From contig PLHC01000062.1 of the NCBI GenBank assembly GCA_003138795.1, positions 31,410-95,409 of the forward strand: a DNA stretch of 64,000 nt. The letters run 5' to 3'. Each line of letters opens with the position of its first letter. Position 1 is the first letter of the stretch. The DNA is from Granulicella sp. Lineage in GTDB: Bacteria; Acidobacteriota; Terriglobia; Terriglobales; Acidobacteriaceae. Shown here one piece after another: positions 20,297 to 28,558 of the stretch. The notes below the pieces were generated by a model. The model worked only from the letters and a program-made list of their open reading frames with translations, had not been told where the DNA came from and made no database searches. The translations under genes were made by a program, and so were the position numbers.

Positions 20297-21616
20297 ATGG
20301 CTTCTGTCACTCATGGCGCTTCTTCGACAACTCTGACAACACAGATCGTCCAGCCTGCGCGCAGCTTTCGCGGCTCGCTGATGCTCCCGGGCGATAAATC
20401 GATCTCACATCGCTATGCCATGCTGGCCGGGTTTGCCGAGGGAACATCGCGGCTGATGAACTTCTCGACCGGGGAAGACCCGCACAGTTCGCTGGGCTGC
20501 ATGCAGGCGATGGGCGCAAAGGTCGAGACGGTCGGTCGCACGATTGAGGTTACTGGCACAGCGGGCGTGCTGGCACAGCCGGTGGGTAACCTGGATTGCG
20601 GCAACTCAGGCTCGACGATGCGCATGCTGGCAGGTTTGGTGGCAGCGCAAGCCGGCCTGTATCGCTTCGTTGGAGACGAGTCGCTGACGGTGCGGCCGAT
20701 GGAGCGGATTCGGAAGCCCTTAGAGCAGATGGGTGCACGCATTGAGCTCACGGAGGGCCATGCGCCGATGACCGTGAGGGGAACACCGCTGACTGCAATC
20801 GACTTCGAGACTCCGATTGCGAGCGCGCAGGTGAAGACAGCGGTGCTGTTTGCCGGGTTGCAGGCTAAGGGAACTACATCGATTGCGGAGCAGGTGCGGA
20901 CGCGCGACCACTCCGAACATGCACTGCGAGCGTTTGGCGCGAGACTTGAGCGCAAGGGCGACCGGCTCTCGATCGTGGGTGGACAGAAGCTGAGGGCCAT
21001 CGACGCGACAGTTCCCGGCGATATGTCTTCGGCAGCTTTCTTCCTGTGCGCTTCCCTGCTGTTTGAGGACTCGAACCTGGTGCTGGATGCGCTGGGGATG
21101 AATCCGACGCGTGCGGCGCTGCTGGACGTGATCAGCGCAATGGGCGGGGTGATCAAGGTTCTCGATGTGCAAGAGACGTATGGCGAGATGGTTGGGACAA
21201 TCCAGGTAAACCGTGGCAAGACTCTGCGCGGGATCGAGATCGCCGGTACGCTTGCGGCTCAGCTAATCGACGAGCTTCCGGTGATTGCAGCGATTGCGCC
21301 TTACACTGACGGTGGCGTGCGGATTCGCGATGCAAAGGAACTCCGGGTGAAGGAATCCGACCGCATTGCGCTGGTGGTGAAGAACCTGCGCACAATGGGC
21401 GCGGAAGTGACTGAGCACGAGGACGGAATGGACATTCCGGGCGGACAGAAGCTGCGTGGCGGCGTGATCGATTCGGGGCTGGACCACCGGATTGCGATGG
21501 CCTTCTCGATCGCAGCGCTGCGTGCAGAGGGTGAGACCGAGATCCGCGGCGCGGAGGCGGCGAGTGTCTCATTCCCTGAGTTCTATACGTGGCTTGACGA
21601 ACTGGCAATTCGCTAG
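20297..21616 (+). CDS. aroA: 3-phosphoshikimate 1-carboxyvinyltransferase (EPSP synthase)
   Basis: LPGDKSISHR, NSGSTMRMLAG and the DHRIAMAF C-terminal motif; 439 aa. Confidence 0.95.
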   Translation: MASVTHGASSTTLTTQIVQPARSFRGSLMLPGDKSISHRYAMLAGFAEGTSRLMNFSTGEDPHSSLGCMQAMGAKVETVGRTIEVTGTAGVLAQPVGNLDCGNSGSTMRMLAGLVAAQAGLYRFVGDESLTVRPMERIRKPLEQMGARIELTEGHAPMTVRGTPLTAIDFETPIASAQVKTAVLFAGLQAKGTTSIAEQVRTRDHSEHALRAFGARLERKGDRLSIVGGQKLRAIDATVPGDMSSAAFFLCASLLFEDSNLVLDALGMNPTRAALLDVISAMGGVIKVLDVQETYGEMVGTIQVNRGKTLRGIEIAGTLAAQLIDELPVIAAIAPYTDGGVRIRDAKELRVKESDRIALVVKNLRTMGAEVTEHEDGMDIPGGQKLRGGVIDSGLDHRIAMAFSIAALRAEGETEIRGAEAASVSFPEFYTWLDELAIR

Positions 21617-21622
21617 GCGGCT

Positions 21623-22738
21623 TCAGGCGCGCCAGCGAAATGTACGCGGTGGATAGAGCTCCAGCAGTTCGTGCAGGTTCTGCTCCACCTCAGGGACTGA
21701 TACCTCGTCGATGATGTAGTTGGCTGGAGCCTCGGTCATGTCAGCATTCTTGAGGATGCGGGCGCGTGGATTGCCGAGTGGAAGCCACTCGACCGGCGGG
21801 GACCATGCGGGCGCGATGATGACCATGGGGAGCCGCATGGCGCGGGCCATGTGCATTGGACCAGTGTCGAGCGTGAGAGCGATGTCCGCGAGGCCCAACA
21901 GCGCGGAGAGCTCGAGCAGGCTGGTGAGGCCCGCGACGCTTGCCGTCGGGAAGGAAAGTCCGGCGCGGAGGGCTTCGATTCCAGGCGACTCTGCAGAGGT
22001 TCCGGCAAAGACGATCTGCATGTCGTCGTTACGGTGCAGTGTTTCGGCAACCGCGCGGAAGCGGTCTTCGCGCCAGGACTTGCGCTGGGTTGGACTGGTC
22101 TGGGTGATGAAGACTGCAATCGGTTTGCTCTCGTCAATTCCCTGCTCTTTCAGGAGCAGGTGCGCAGCTGCGACATCTTCTGACGAAGGAAACACCTGCG
22201 GTTCGATGAGAGCGGGATTGGCTTGCAGCTGTTCGAGGAGGGCTGGGCCATGGCCGAGCAACTCGATGATGCGGAGGTTGTTGGCAATCTGGCTGATCCG
22301 CGGATCGAAGTGCATATACTCACGCGCAAGCTCTGGGACGAGGGTGAAGCCGACCCGGGTTGGGCTGCCACTGAGCATCGCTGCGAGGATCACGCGAGAG
22401 CGCTCATTGCCTGTCGTCAGGAGAACCGCGTAGCGCTCGCGACCAAAGACCTTTGCCTTGCGGATGGCGTTCGCGGCGGGAAGGAGTTCGCGTAGGGGGC
22501 TCGGTGTCGGAACGAGTCGCTCAAGCCCTGGATTGCCGCGCAGTATCTCAAGCGCGAAGCCGCTGGCTGCGGCCGATACGCGAGCTCCTGGGATTGCGGC
22601 GTGCAGAGCGGCTATCAGCGGGGTCGCGTGGATTGCAGTTCCAAGTGCGAGCGGATATTGCAGCAGGAGGAAGTTGCGAACCTCGGACAGCTCAGGCTGC
22701 GAGGGATGAGCCATGCGCTCCAACTCCGACAAGGTCAA
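21623..22738 (-). CDS. glycosyltransferase family 9 (heptosyltransferase-like)
   Basis: 371 aa. N-terminal LLLQYPLALGTAIHATPLI and C-terminal LDTGPMHMARAM match the ADP-heptose:LPS heptosyltransferase family pattern. Confidence 0.75.
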   Translation of the reverse strand: MTLSELERMAHPSQPELSEVRNFLLLQYPLALGTAIHATPLIAALHAAIPGARVSAAASGFALEILRGNPGLERLVPTPSPLRELLPAANAIRKAKVFGRERYAVLLTTGNERSRVILAAMLSGSPTRVGFTLVPELAREYMHFDPRISQIANNLRIIELLGHGPALLEQLQANPALIEPQVFPSSEDVAAAHLLLKEQGIDESKPIAVFITQTSPTQRKSWREDRFRAVAETLHRNDDMQIVFAGTSAESPGIEALRAGLSFPTASVAGLTSLLELSALLGLADIALTLDTGPMHMARAMRLPMVIIAPAWSPPVEWLPLGNPRARILKNADMTEAPANYIIDEVSVPEVEQNLHELLELYPPRTFRWRA

Positions 22739-22863
22739 GAAGGCAGCGGATTTGATGGCGGAGGCGATGATCAGGTCCTGCGCGGACGGCGACGGTTTTG
22801 ATGCGGCGAGTGGATAGAGGGTGACTGAGTGAAGCCATTACATCTTGTAGAGGCGCGTGGTCA

Positions 22864-23400
22864 TTACATCTTGTAGCGGCCCATTTCGTCATCATTGAGG
22901 TTTTCGAGCCAGCGACGAAGGTCTTCGGGGCTGAGGGTGGTGGACCCGTTGGAGGCGCGGCGGGCGTGCTCGTAGACCTGGTGGGAGACAAAGATCGGGC
23001 AGTCGGAGCGCAGAGCCAGGGCGATGGCGTCCGAGGGGCGGGCGTCGAGGGCGACGACTTCGCCGGCGTGGTCCATCCAGATGGTGGCGTGGAAGGTGTC
23101 CTCGCGGAGAGCTCCGACGACGACGCGGGTGACGCGGGCATTGAGGCCGTCGATGGCGTTGCGGAGAAGATCGTGGGTCATCGGGCGAGGCGTTGTGGCC
23201 TTCTCGATCTCGAGGGCGATCGCGTTGGCCTCGAAGAGGCCGACCCAAATCGGCAGGACGACTTCGCCGGCGAGGTCGTTGAGTACGACGATGGGCATCT
23301 TCGTGGATGGGTCCATCATCAGGCCGCGGATGCGCACCTCGACTTCAGGCTCTGGGGCTGGTTGTGCTTCGGGCTCGGGTTTGAAGCCGGGAAGATGCAT
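22864..23400 (-). CDS. bifunctional nuclease family protein (BFN/DUF151)
   Basis: MPIVVLNDLAGEVVLPIWVGLFEANAIALEIEKATTPRPMTHDLL is the characteristic DUF151 core. Confidence 0.85.
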   Translation of the reverse strand: MHLPGFKPEPEAQPAPEPEVEVRIRGLMMDPSTKMPIVVLNDLAGEVVLPIWVGLFEANAIALEIEKATTPRPMTHDLLRNAIDGLNARVTRVVVGALREDTFHATIWMDHAGEVVALDARPSDAIALALRSDCPIFVSHQVYEHARRASNGSTTLSPEDLRRWLENLNDDEMGRYKM

Positions 23401-23419
23401 GGCGCTAGTGTAACGCCGT

Positions 23420-24826
23420 CTAGCTAAGGACGCTTACGCGAGCGTTCAGGGCCTGTTGCGCGAGCAACGCCGCGGACGGAGCAAATGGGGTCGAGACGGC
23501 TTCGCCGACGAGCGAGCTAGGGAAGATCTGCGTGATGCGAACGTCGATGTAGCTGCCGATTGAAGGGGCGTCTATTTCCGAGCCTTCGCTCATTTTTTGA
23601 TACGTGAAGTTGACCGTCTTGTTCTGGGTCGAGCGGCCAGTGATCTGGCCGCGTGCGTTTGCGCCGTGCTCGACCATGATGGGCATCGTTTGGCCGAGGT
23701 GGCGAGCATAGTTCGTGCGCTGGATCTCGCGCTGGCGGGCGTTGAGGATTGCGAGACGCTCGATTTTCACTTCCTCGGGGATCGAGTCGTGCATGTGGAT
23801 CGCGGGGGTGTTGGGGCGGGGGGAGTACTTGAACCCGTAGATGGTGTCGTAGCCGACGGTGTCAAGCAGGGTGAGGGTGTCCTCGAAGTCGCGGACGGTC
23901 TCGCCGGGAAAGCCGACGATGATGTCCGAGGTGAGCGAGATGTCACGTTTGGCGGCCTTGGTCCAGGCGATGCGCTCGAGGTACCAATCGCGGGTGTACT
24001 CGCGCTGCATGGCGTGGAGGATGTCGGTCGAGCCGGATTGCACCGGCAGATGGACGTGGTCGCAGAGGGTTGGGACGGCGTCGATGGCGTCGACGATGTC
24101 GCGGGTGAAGTCGCGCGGATGCGAGGTGGTGAAGCGGACGCGCTGGATTCCGGCGACCTCGCCGACGGCGGCGAGGAGTTCGGCGAAGGTGCGCTTGCCG
24201 CTGGGATCGAGGTAGCTGTTGACGTTCTGGCCGAGGAGCAGGATCTCGGTGAAGCCGGACTGGGCGATGCGCTGGGCTTCGGCGAGGACCGAGGCTGAGG
24301 TGCGGGAGCGCTCTTTACCACGGGTATAAGGCACTACGCAGTACGCGCAGAACTTGTCGCAGCCTTCGATGATGGTGATGTAGCCGCGATGCGGGTTGGT
24401 GCGGGCGGTGAACTCGGTGTCGAAGGTCTCGTCGGTCTGGCGGTCGTCGAGGCCGGTGATGCGGGTTTCTCCGGCTTCGAGGCGCTGCAACATCCCGGGT
24501 AGATGGCGGTAGCTGGCCGAGCCAGCGACCATGGAGACGTAAGGCGCGCGCGCGAAGATCTTGTCGCCTTCCTGCTGGGCGACGCAGCCGAGGACGGCGA
24601 ACCGCTTTCCTTCACCGTGGAGCTTCTTGTATTCATTCAGCCGGTGGAAGACCTTCTGCTCGGCTTTGTCGCGGATGGAGCAGGTGTTGTAGAGGATCAG
24701 GCCCGCGTCGGCTTCGTCGACGACCTGCATGTAGCCTTCGCGCAGGAGGGTTCCGACGACCTTCTCGGAGTCGTGCGCGTTCATCTGGCAGCCAAAGGTT
24801 TCGATGTAAAAGGTCTTCATACGCAA
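23420..24826 (-). CDS. miaB: tRNA-2-methylthio-N6-dimethylallyladenosine synthase
   Basis: UPF0004 N-domain (ETFGCQMNAHDSE), radical-SAM CxxxCxxC (CDKFCAYC) and a C-terminal TRAM domain. Alternative start at 24820. Confidence 0.93.
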   Translation of the reverse strand: MRMKTFYIETFGCQMNAHDSEKVVGTLLREGYMQVVDEADAGLILYNTCSIRDKAEQKVFHRLNEYKKLHGEGKRFAVLGCVAQQEGDKIFARAPYVSMVAGSASYRHLPGMLQRLEAGETRITGLDDRQTDETFDTEFTARTNPHRGYITIIEGCDKFCAYCVVPYTRGKERSRTSASVLAEAQRIAQSGFTEILLLGQNVNSYLDPSGKRTFAELLAAVGEVAGIQRVRFTTSHPRDFTRDIVDAIDAVPTLCDHVHLPVQSGSTDILHAMQREYTRDWYLERIAWTKAAKRDISLTSDIIVGFPGETVRDFEDTLTLLDTVGYDTIYGFKYSPRPNTPAIHMHDSIPEEVKIERLAILNARQREIQRTNYARHLGQTMPIMVEHGANARGQITGRSTQNKTVNFTYQKMSEGSEIDAPSIGSYIDVRITQIFPSSLVGEAVSTPFAPSAALLAQQALNARVSVLS

Positions 24827-24881
24827 GGATCAGTATAGGTCCTGCGCGGACGGCGGGAGTGTCCTGCGCGGGTGGCGGACC

Positions 24882-25161
24882 GGGGGGTACCCCCCCCTCC
24901 CCCCTGATTCTGTAAAGTCTCTGGTTGCAATACTCGGCAAAATGACTGCCTGCAAAGTATTCCATTCAGGGACTTTACTGGCAAAGTATTCAATCGGTGG
25001 GAGTTAGGTGCGGTTTGGCGACACGCTCCCAGTCGACTTGGAATTCCCTCTAGTTCAATTGTAGCGAGTTGGAGGGGGTAAGTATGCCACGTTCTGGAGA
25101 AATAAATCGCAAGTGTTTATAGGGGGTTTGGGGATTTTTGGTGGGGTGGGGGCTTGACAGG
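24882..25161 (+). repeat. dispersed structured repeat, copy C (about 280 bp)
   Basis: GGGGGGTACCCCCCCCTCCCCCC ... GGGGGCTTGACAGG. Best match is the reverse complement of copy A, with near-identity over blocks such as CAACTCGCTACAATTGAACTAGAG and GCAACCAGAGACTTTAC. Confidence 0.85.
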
Positions 25162-25286
25162 TTTTGCGCGGTCTCGGTTTGTGGTGAGCCAAGGAGATTG
25201 GCAGGAGCGGTTCGCGCGAATACACACCCATGTCGCAGGAAGCCGCGCCATGAATGGGGCACCCGGATTGTTGCCATCTTCGGGCG

Positions 25287-25400
25287 AGAAGCAGATTCCC
25301 TACGGGAATGACAGAAAGAAAAGCAAAGGCAAAGAAAAGCAAAGGCAAAAGAGAGGCAAAGGCAGAAGAGAGGCAAAGGCAGAAGAGGGCAAGGCAGATC
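25287..25400 (+). repeat. hairpin plus purine-rich module (long version, with 17-bp tandem repeats)
   Basis: Same hairpin ATTCCCTACGGGAAT (25295..25309) followed by a GACAGAAAGAAAAGCAAAGGCAAAG... tract. Tandem units GAGAGGCAAAGGCAGAA at 25351..25367 and 25368..25384, plus a partial third at 25385..25398. Confidence 0.8.
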
Positions 25401-25452
25401 AGTGCGTTGGGGATCGCAACATGCTATTCTCGGCGAGATTTAAGGCGGTGAA

Positions 25453-27183
25453 ATGGTAGATGAGTTGAAGTTTGATAGTCGATTGGGCTCGAAGGTGGAT
25501 GTGCAGTCTCCGCGGATGAAGAAAAACCGGGAGGCCCTGACGGTGTTGATGGCTGCGCTGCGGGCTGAGGAAGATTCGATTCGGATGGGGGGCGGCGCAA
25601 AGGCCGCGGAGGCGCAGCGGGCCAAGGGGCGGCTGACGGTGAGGGAGCGGTTGGGGTTGCTGCTCGATGAAGGAACGGAGCTGCTGGAGTTGGGGCTGTG
25701 GGCGGCGTATGGGATGTATGCGGAGTATGGGGGTGCGCCGGGTGCGGGGGTGGTGACCGGGCTGGGACGGGTGAGTGGACGGCTTTGCATGATCATCGCG
25801 AATGATGCGACGGTGAAGGCTGGGGCGTTCTTCCCGATGACTGCGAAGAAGGTGCTGCGGGCGCAGATGATCGCGCTGGAGAATCGGATTCCGACGCTGT
25901 ACCTGGTGGATTCTTCCGGTGTCTTCCTCCCTTTGCAGGAGGACGTGTTTCCGGATACGGATGATTTTGGGAGGATCTTCCGGAATAACGCGGTGATGAG
26001 CTCGCTGGGGATTCCGCAGATTACGGCGATTATGGGGATGTGCGTTGCGGGCGGCGCGTATCTGCCGGTGATGACGGATACGGTGCTGATGACCGAGGGG
26101 TCGGGGCTGTTTCTGGCGGGACCGTCGCTGGTGCAGGCCGCGATTGGGCAGAAGACCGGGGCCGAGGAGCTGGGCGGCGCGACGATGCATGCGGAGATCT
26201 CGGGAACGGTGGACTTCAAGGAGCCGAACGATCATCTTTGCCTGGCAAGGCTGCGGTCGTTGGTGGGTAAGCTCGGCGAGCGGCAGGCGGCGAGTGGGCA
26301 GCCGGTGTTCAGTGCTGTGGCGTTCGATGCGGTGCGGGATGCGCCGAGGTTTGCGGCGGAGGATTTGTATGGGTTGTTGAATTGCGCTCCGGGGGCAAGC
26401 AATGTGTACGACATGCGCGAGGTGATTGCGCGGATTGTCGACCGCAGCGAGTTCGATGAGTACAAGGCGGACTTTGGGCGGACGGTGCTGTGCGGGTATG
26501 CGCGGATTGGCGGACGAGCCGTGGGGATCGTTGCCAATCAGAAGACGAATCAGACCCAGACGGTGGCGATGGGGCCATCGGCGGGAACCAAGCGGATTGA
26601 GGTGGGCGGCGTGATCTATACGGAGAGCGCGCAGAAGGCGGCGCGGTTCATTATGGATTGCAATCAGAGCCTGGTGCCGCTGCTGTTTCTGCATGATGTG
26701 AATGGGTTCATGGTGGGTAAGGATGCGGAGTGGTCGGGGATCATTCGCGCTGGGGCGAAGATGGTGTCGGCCGTGAGTACGAGTGTTGTTCCGAAGATCA
26801 CGGTGATCGTTGGCGGGAGCTTTGGCGCGGGCCACTATGCGATGTGCGGCAAGGCTTATGATCCGCGCTTTCTGTTTGCGTGGCCGACGGCGAGGTATGC
26901 GGTGATGAGTGGAGCTTCGGCGGCGAATACGCTGGCTGAGGTGCGGGCGAAGCAGATGGAGCGCGGCGGAAAGACGTTGACCGAGGCGGAGAAGAAAGCT
27001 CTGTATGACGAGATCAAGGATGCGTACGATGCACAGGCCGATCCGCGATACGGCGCGGCGCGGCTTTGGATCGATTCAATTATCGATCCGGTAAAGACGC
27101 GGGACGTGTTAATCACGGCGCTGGATGCGTGCGCTTTGAATTTTGACGTCCCCAAGTTCAATCCAGGCGTGTTGCAGACATAA
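25453..27183 (+). CDS. acyl-CoA carboxylase carboxyltransferase (beta) subunit, methylcrotonyl-CoA carboxylase-like
   Basis: 576 aa two-lobed carboxyltransferase (GGGAKAAEAQRAKGRLTVRERL..., ANDATVKAGAFFP, GVIYTESAQKAARFI). The liu-type neighbourhood suggests MCC beta. Confidence 0.85.
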   Translation: MVDELKFDSRLGSKVDVQSPRMKKNREALTVLMAALRAEEDSIRMGGGAKAAEAQRAKGRLTVRERLGLLLDEGTELLELGLWAAYGMYAEYGGAPGAGVVTGLGRVSGRLCMIIANDATVKAGAFFPMTAKKVLRAQMIALENRIPTLYLVDSSGVFLPLQEDVFPDTDDFGRIFRNNAVMSSLGIPQITAIMGMCVAGGAYLPVMTDTVLMTEGSGLFLAGPSLVQAAIGQKTGAEELGGATMHAEISGTVDFKEPNDHLCLARLRSLVGKLGERQAASGQPVFSAVAFDAVRDAPRFAAEDLYGLLNCAPGASNVYDMREVIARIVDRSEFDEYKADFGRTVLCGYARIGGRAVGIVANQKTNQTQTVAMGPSAGTKRIEVGGVIYTESAQKAARFIMDCNQSLVPLLFLHDVNGFMVGKDAEWSGIIRAGAKMVSAVSTSVVPKITVIVGGSFGAGHYAMCGKAYDPRFLFAWPTARYAVMSGASAANTLAEVRAKQMERGGKTLTEAEKKALYDEIKDAYDAQADPRYGAARLWIDSIIDPVKTRDVLITALDACALNFDVPKFNPGVLQT

Positions 27184-27220
27184 CGGTGGTGCGTCGGCGA
27201 ACGACAAGGACCCGCACTCG

Positions 27221-27269
27221 AATGTATGATTCATCATCTTGCGGAAATGTATGATTCGCTATCTTGCGC
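27221..27269. repeat. 24/25-bp tandem direct repeat between carboxylase and dehydrogenase genes
   Basis: AATGTATGATTCATCATCTTGCGG followed by AAATGTATGATTCGCTATCTTGCGC. Located 78 nt upstream of the ATG at 27347. Confidence 0.8.
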
Positions 27270-27346
27270 CACTGCTAGCAATGTGTCGGCGGCGAGATCG
27301 TACGAAGTAGCGGAATGAGTGAAGCGTGTGCGCGAAGGAGTAATTC

Positions 27347-28537
27347 ATGGGCGTTGCGGCTGGATCGGTGGATAGTCTGTATCCGTTTGTGTTGACGGAG
27401 GATCAGAAGCATTTGAGGCGCGAGATTCGCCAGTTTGCGGCGCGGGAGATTACGCCGAACGTCATGGCCTGGGATGAGGCGAGCGAGTTCCCCATGGGGG
27501 TGGTGAAGAAGCTGGGCGAGATGGGGCTGCTGGGCGTGATCTTTCCGCCAGAGTATGGCGGCGCCGGGCTGGGCTATGTGGACTATGTGCTGGCGATCGA
27601 GGAACTGTCGGCTGTGGATGGGTCGATTGGGATTATCGTGGCCGCGCATAATTCGCTGGGGACGAATCATATTTTTCTTGCGGGAAACGAGGAGCAGAAA
27701 AAGAAATATGTTCCTCGGCTGGCCACCGGTGAGTGGCTGGCGGCGTGGGGTCTGACGGAGCCGGGTTCGGGATCGGATGCGGGCGGGGCGCGCACGACCG
27801 CGGTGAGAAAAGGCAACGTCTATGTCCTGAATGGGACCAAGACGTTCATCACCACGGGGCGCTACGCCGATGTTGTCGTGGTGATTGCCGTGACCAACAA
27901 GAGCAAGGGCACGCACGGGCTGTCGGCGTTTGTGGTGGAGAAGGGGACGAAGGGTTTCCGTCCGGGGAAGAAAGAAAACAAGCTGGGGCTGCGAGCGAGC
28001 GATACGAGCGAGCTGATCTTTGAGGACTGCGAGATTCCGGCGGAGAACCTGCTGGGTGTCGAGGGCGAGGGCTTCGTCGATGCGATGCGGGTGCTGGATG
28101 GTGGAAGGATCTCGATTGCAGCGCTGTCGCTGGGAATTGCGCGCGGTGCGCTGGATGCGGCGCTGAAGTATGTGAAAGAGCGGCGGCAGTTCGGGAAGGC
28201 CATTGCCGAGTTCCAGGGGATTCAGTGGAAGCTGGCGGACATGGCGACGGAGTTGGATGCGGCTCGGTTGCTGACGCAGCGTGCTGCGGTGCTGAAGGAC
28301 GCAGGGCGAACGGTGACGCGGGAGTCGGCCATGGCGAAGCTGTTTGCGAGCGAGGTCGCGGTGCGGATTTGCAATGAGGCGGTGCAGTTGTTCGGCGGCT
28401 ATGGCTTCATCAAGGACTATCCTGCCGAGAAGTACTATCGCGATGTGAAGCTGTGCACCATTGGTGAGGGTACAAGCGAGATTCAACGGATGGTCATCGC
28501 AAGAGAGATCCTGAAGGTCCAGCCTTCCCGCGGTTGA
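27347..28537 (+). CDS. acyl-CoA dehydrogenase (isovaleryl-CoA dehydrogenase-like)
   Basis: ACAD three-domain pattern ([32 protein letters not shown]). The substrate call comes from the leucine-catabolism context. Confidence 0.88.
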   Translation: MGVAAGSVDSLYPFVLTEDQKHLRREIRQFAAREITPNVMAWDEASEFPMGVVKKLGEMGLLGVIFPPEYGGAGLGYVDYVLAIEELSAVDGSIGIIVAAHNSLGTNHIFLAGNEEQKKKYVPRLATGEWLAAWGLTEPGSGSDAGGARTTAVRKGNVYVLNGTKTFITTGRYADVVVVIAVTNKSKGTHGLSAFVVEKGTKGFRPGKKENKLGLRASDTSELIFEDCEIPAENLLGVEGEGFVDAMRVLDGGRISIAALSLGIARGALDAALKYVKERRQFGKAIAEFQGIQWKLADMATELDAARLLTQRAAVLKDAGRTVTRESAMAKLFASEVAVRICNEAVQLFGGYGFIKDYPAEKYYRDVKLCTIGEGTSEIQRMVIAREILKVQPSRG

Positions 28538-28558
28538 TGCGCGTGTTGATGGAGTGAA

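Noticed and set aside
25152-25161. TTGACA hexamer at the end of each dispersed-repeat copy as an outward-facing sigma-70 -35 box
   Set aside because: No acceptable -10 hexamer lies 16-18 nt downstream in any of the three copies (GTTTGT, AGAAGC, GAAGGA). The three copies also face a gene start, a gene end and a gene end respectively.
25320-25400. Possible CRISPR-like array
   Set aside because: The units are 17 bp, directly abutting with no spacers, and purine-only. No cas genes are present in the window.
25154-25459. ORFs encoding ...FPTGMTERKAKAK... / ...IPYGNDRKKSKGK... (also 18473..18814 plus, 25050..25376 minus, 25254..25451 plus)
   Set aside because: They are produced by translating the hairpin and purine-rich tandem tract in several frames and on both strands. 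There is no start context or consistent frame between the two loci. Treated as repeat DNA.
25399-26835. 478-aa minus-strand ORF
   Set aside because: It is antisense to the well-supported carboxyltransferase gene. The product is extremely Arg/His/Pro-rich and low-complexity (RRxxxxRxHR...), the usual artefact of open antisense frames in GC-rich coding DNA.
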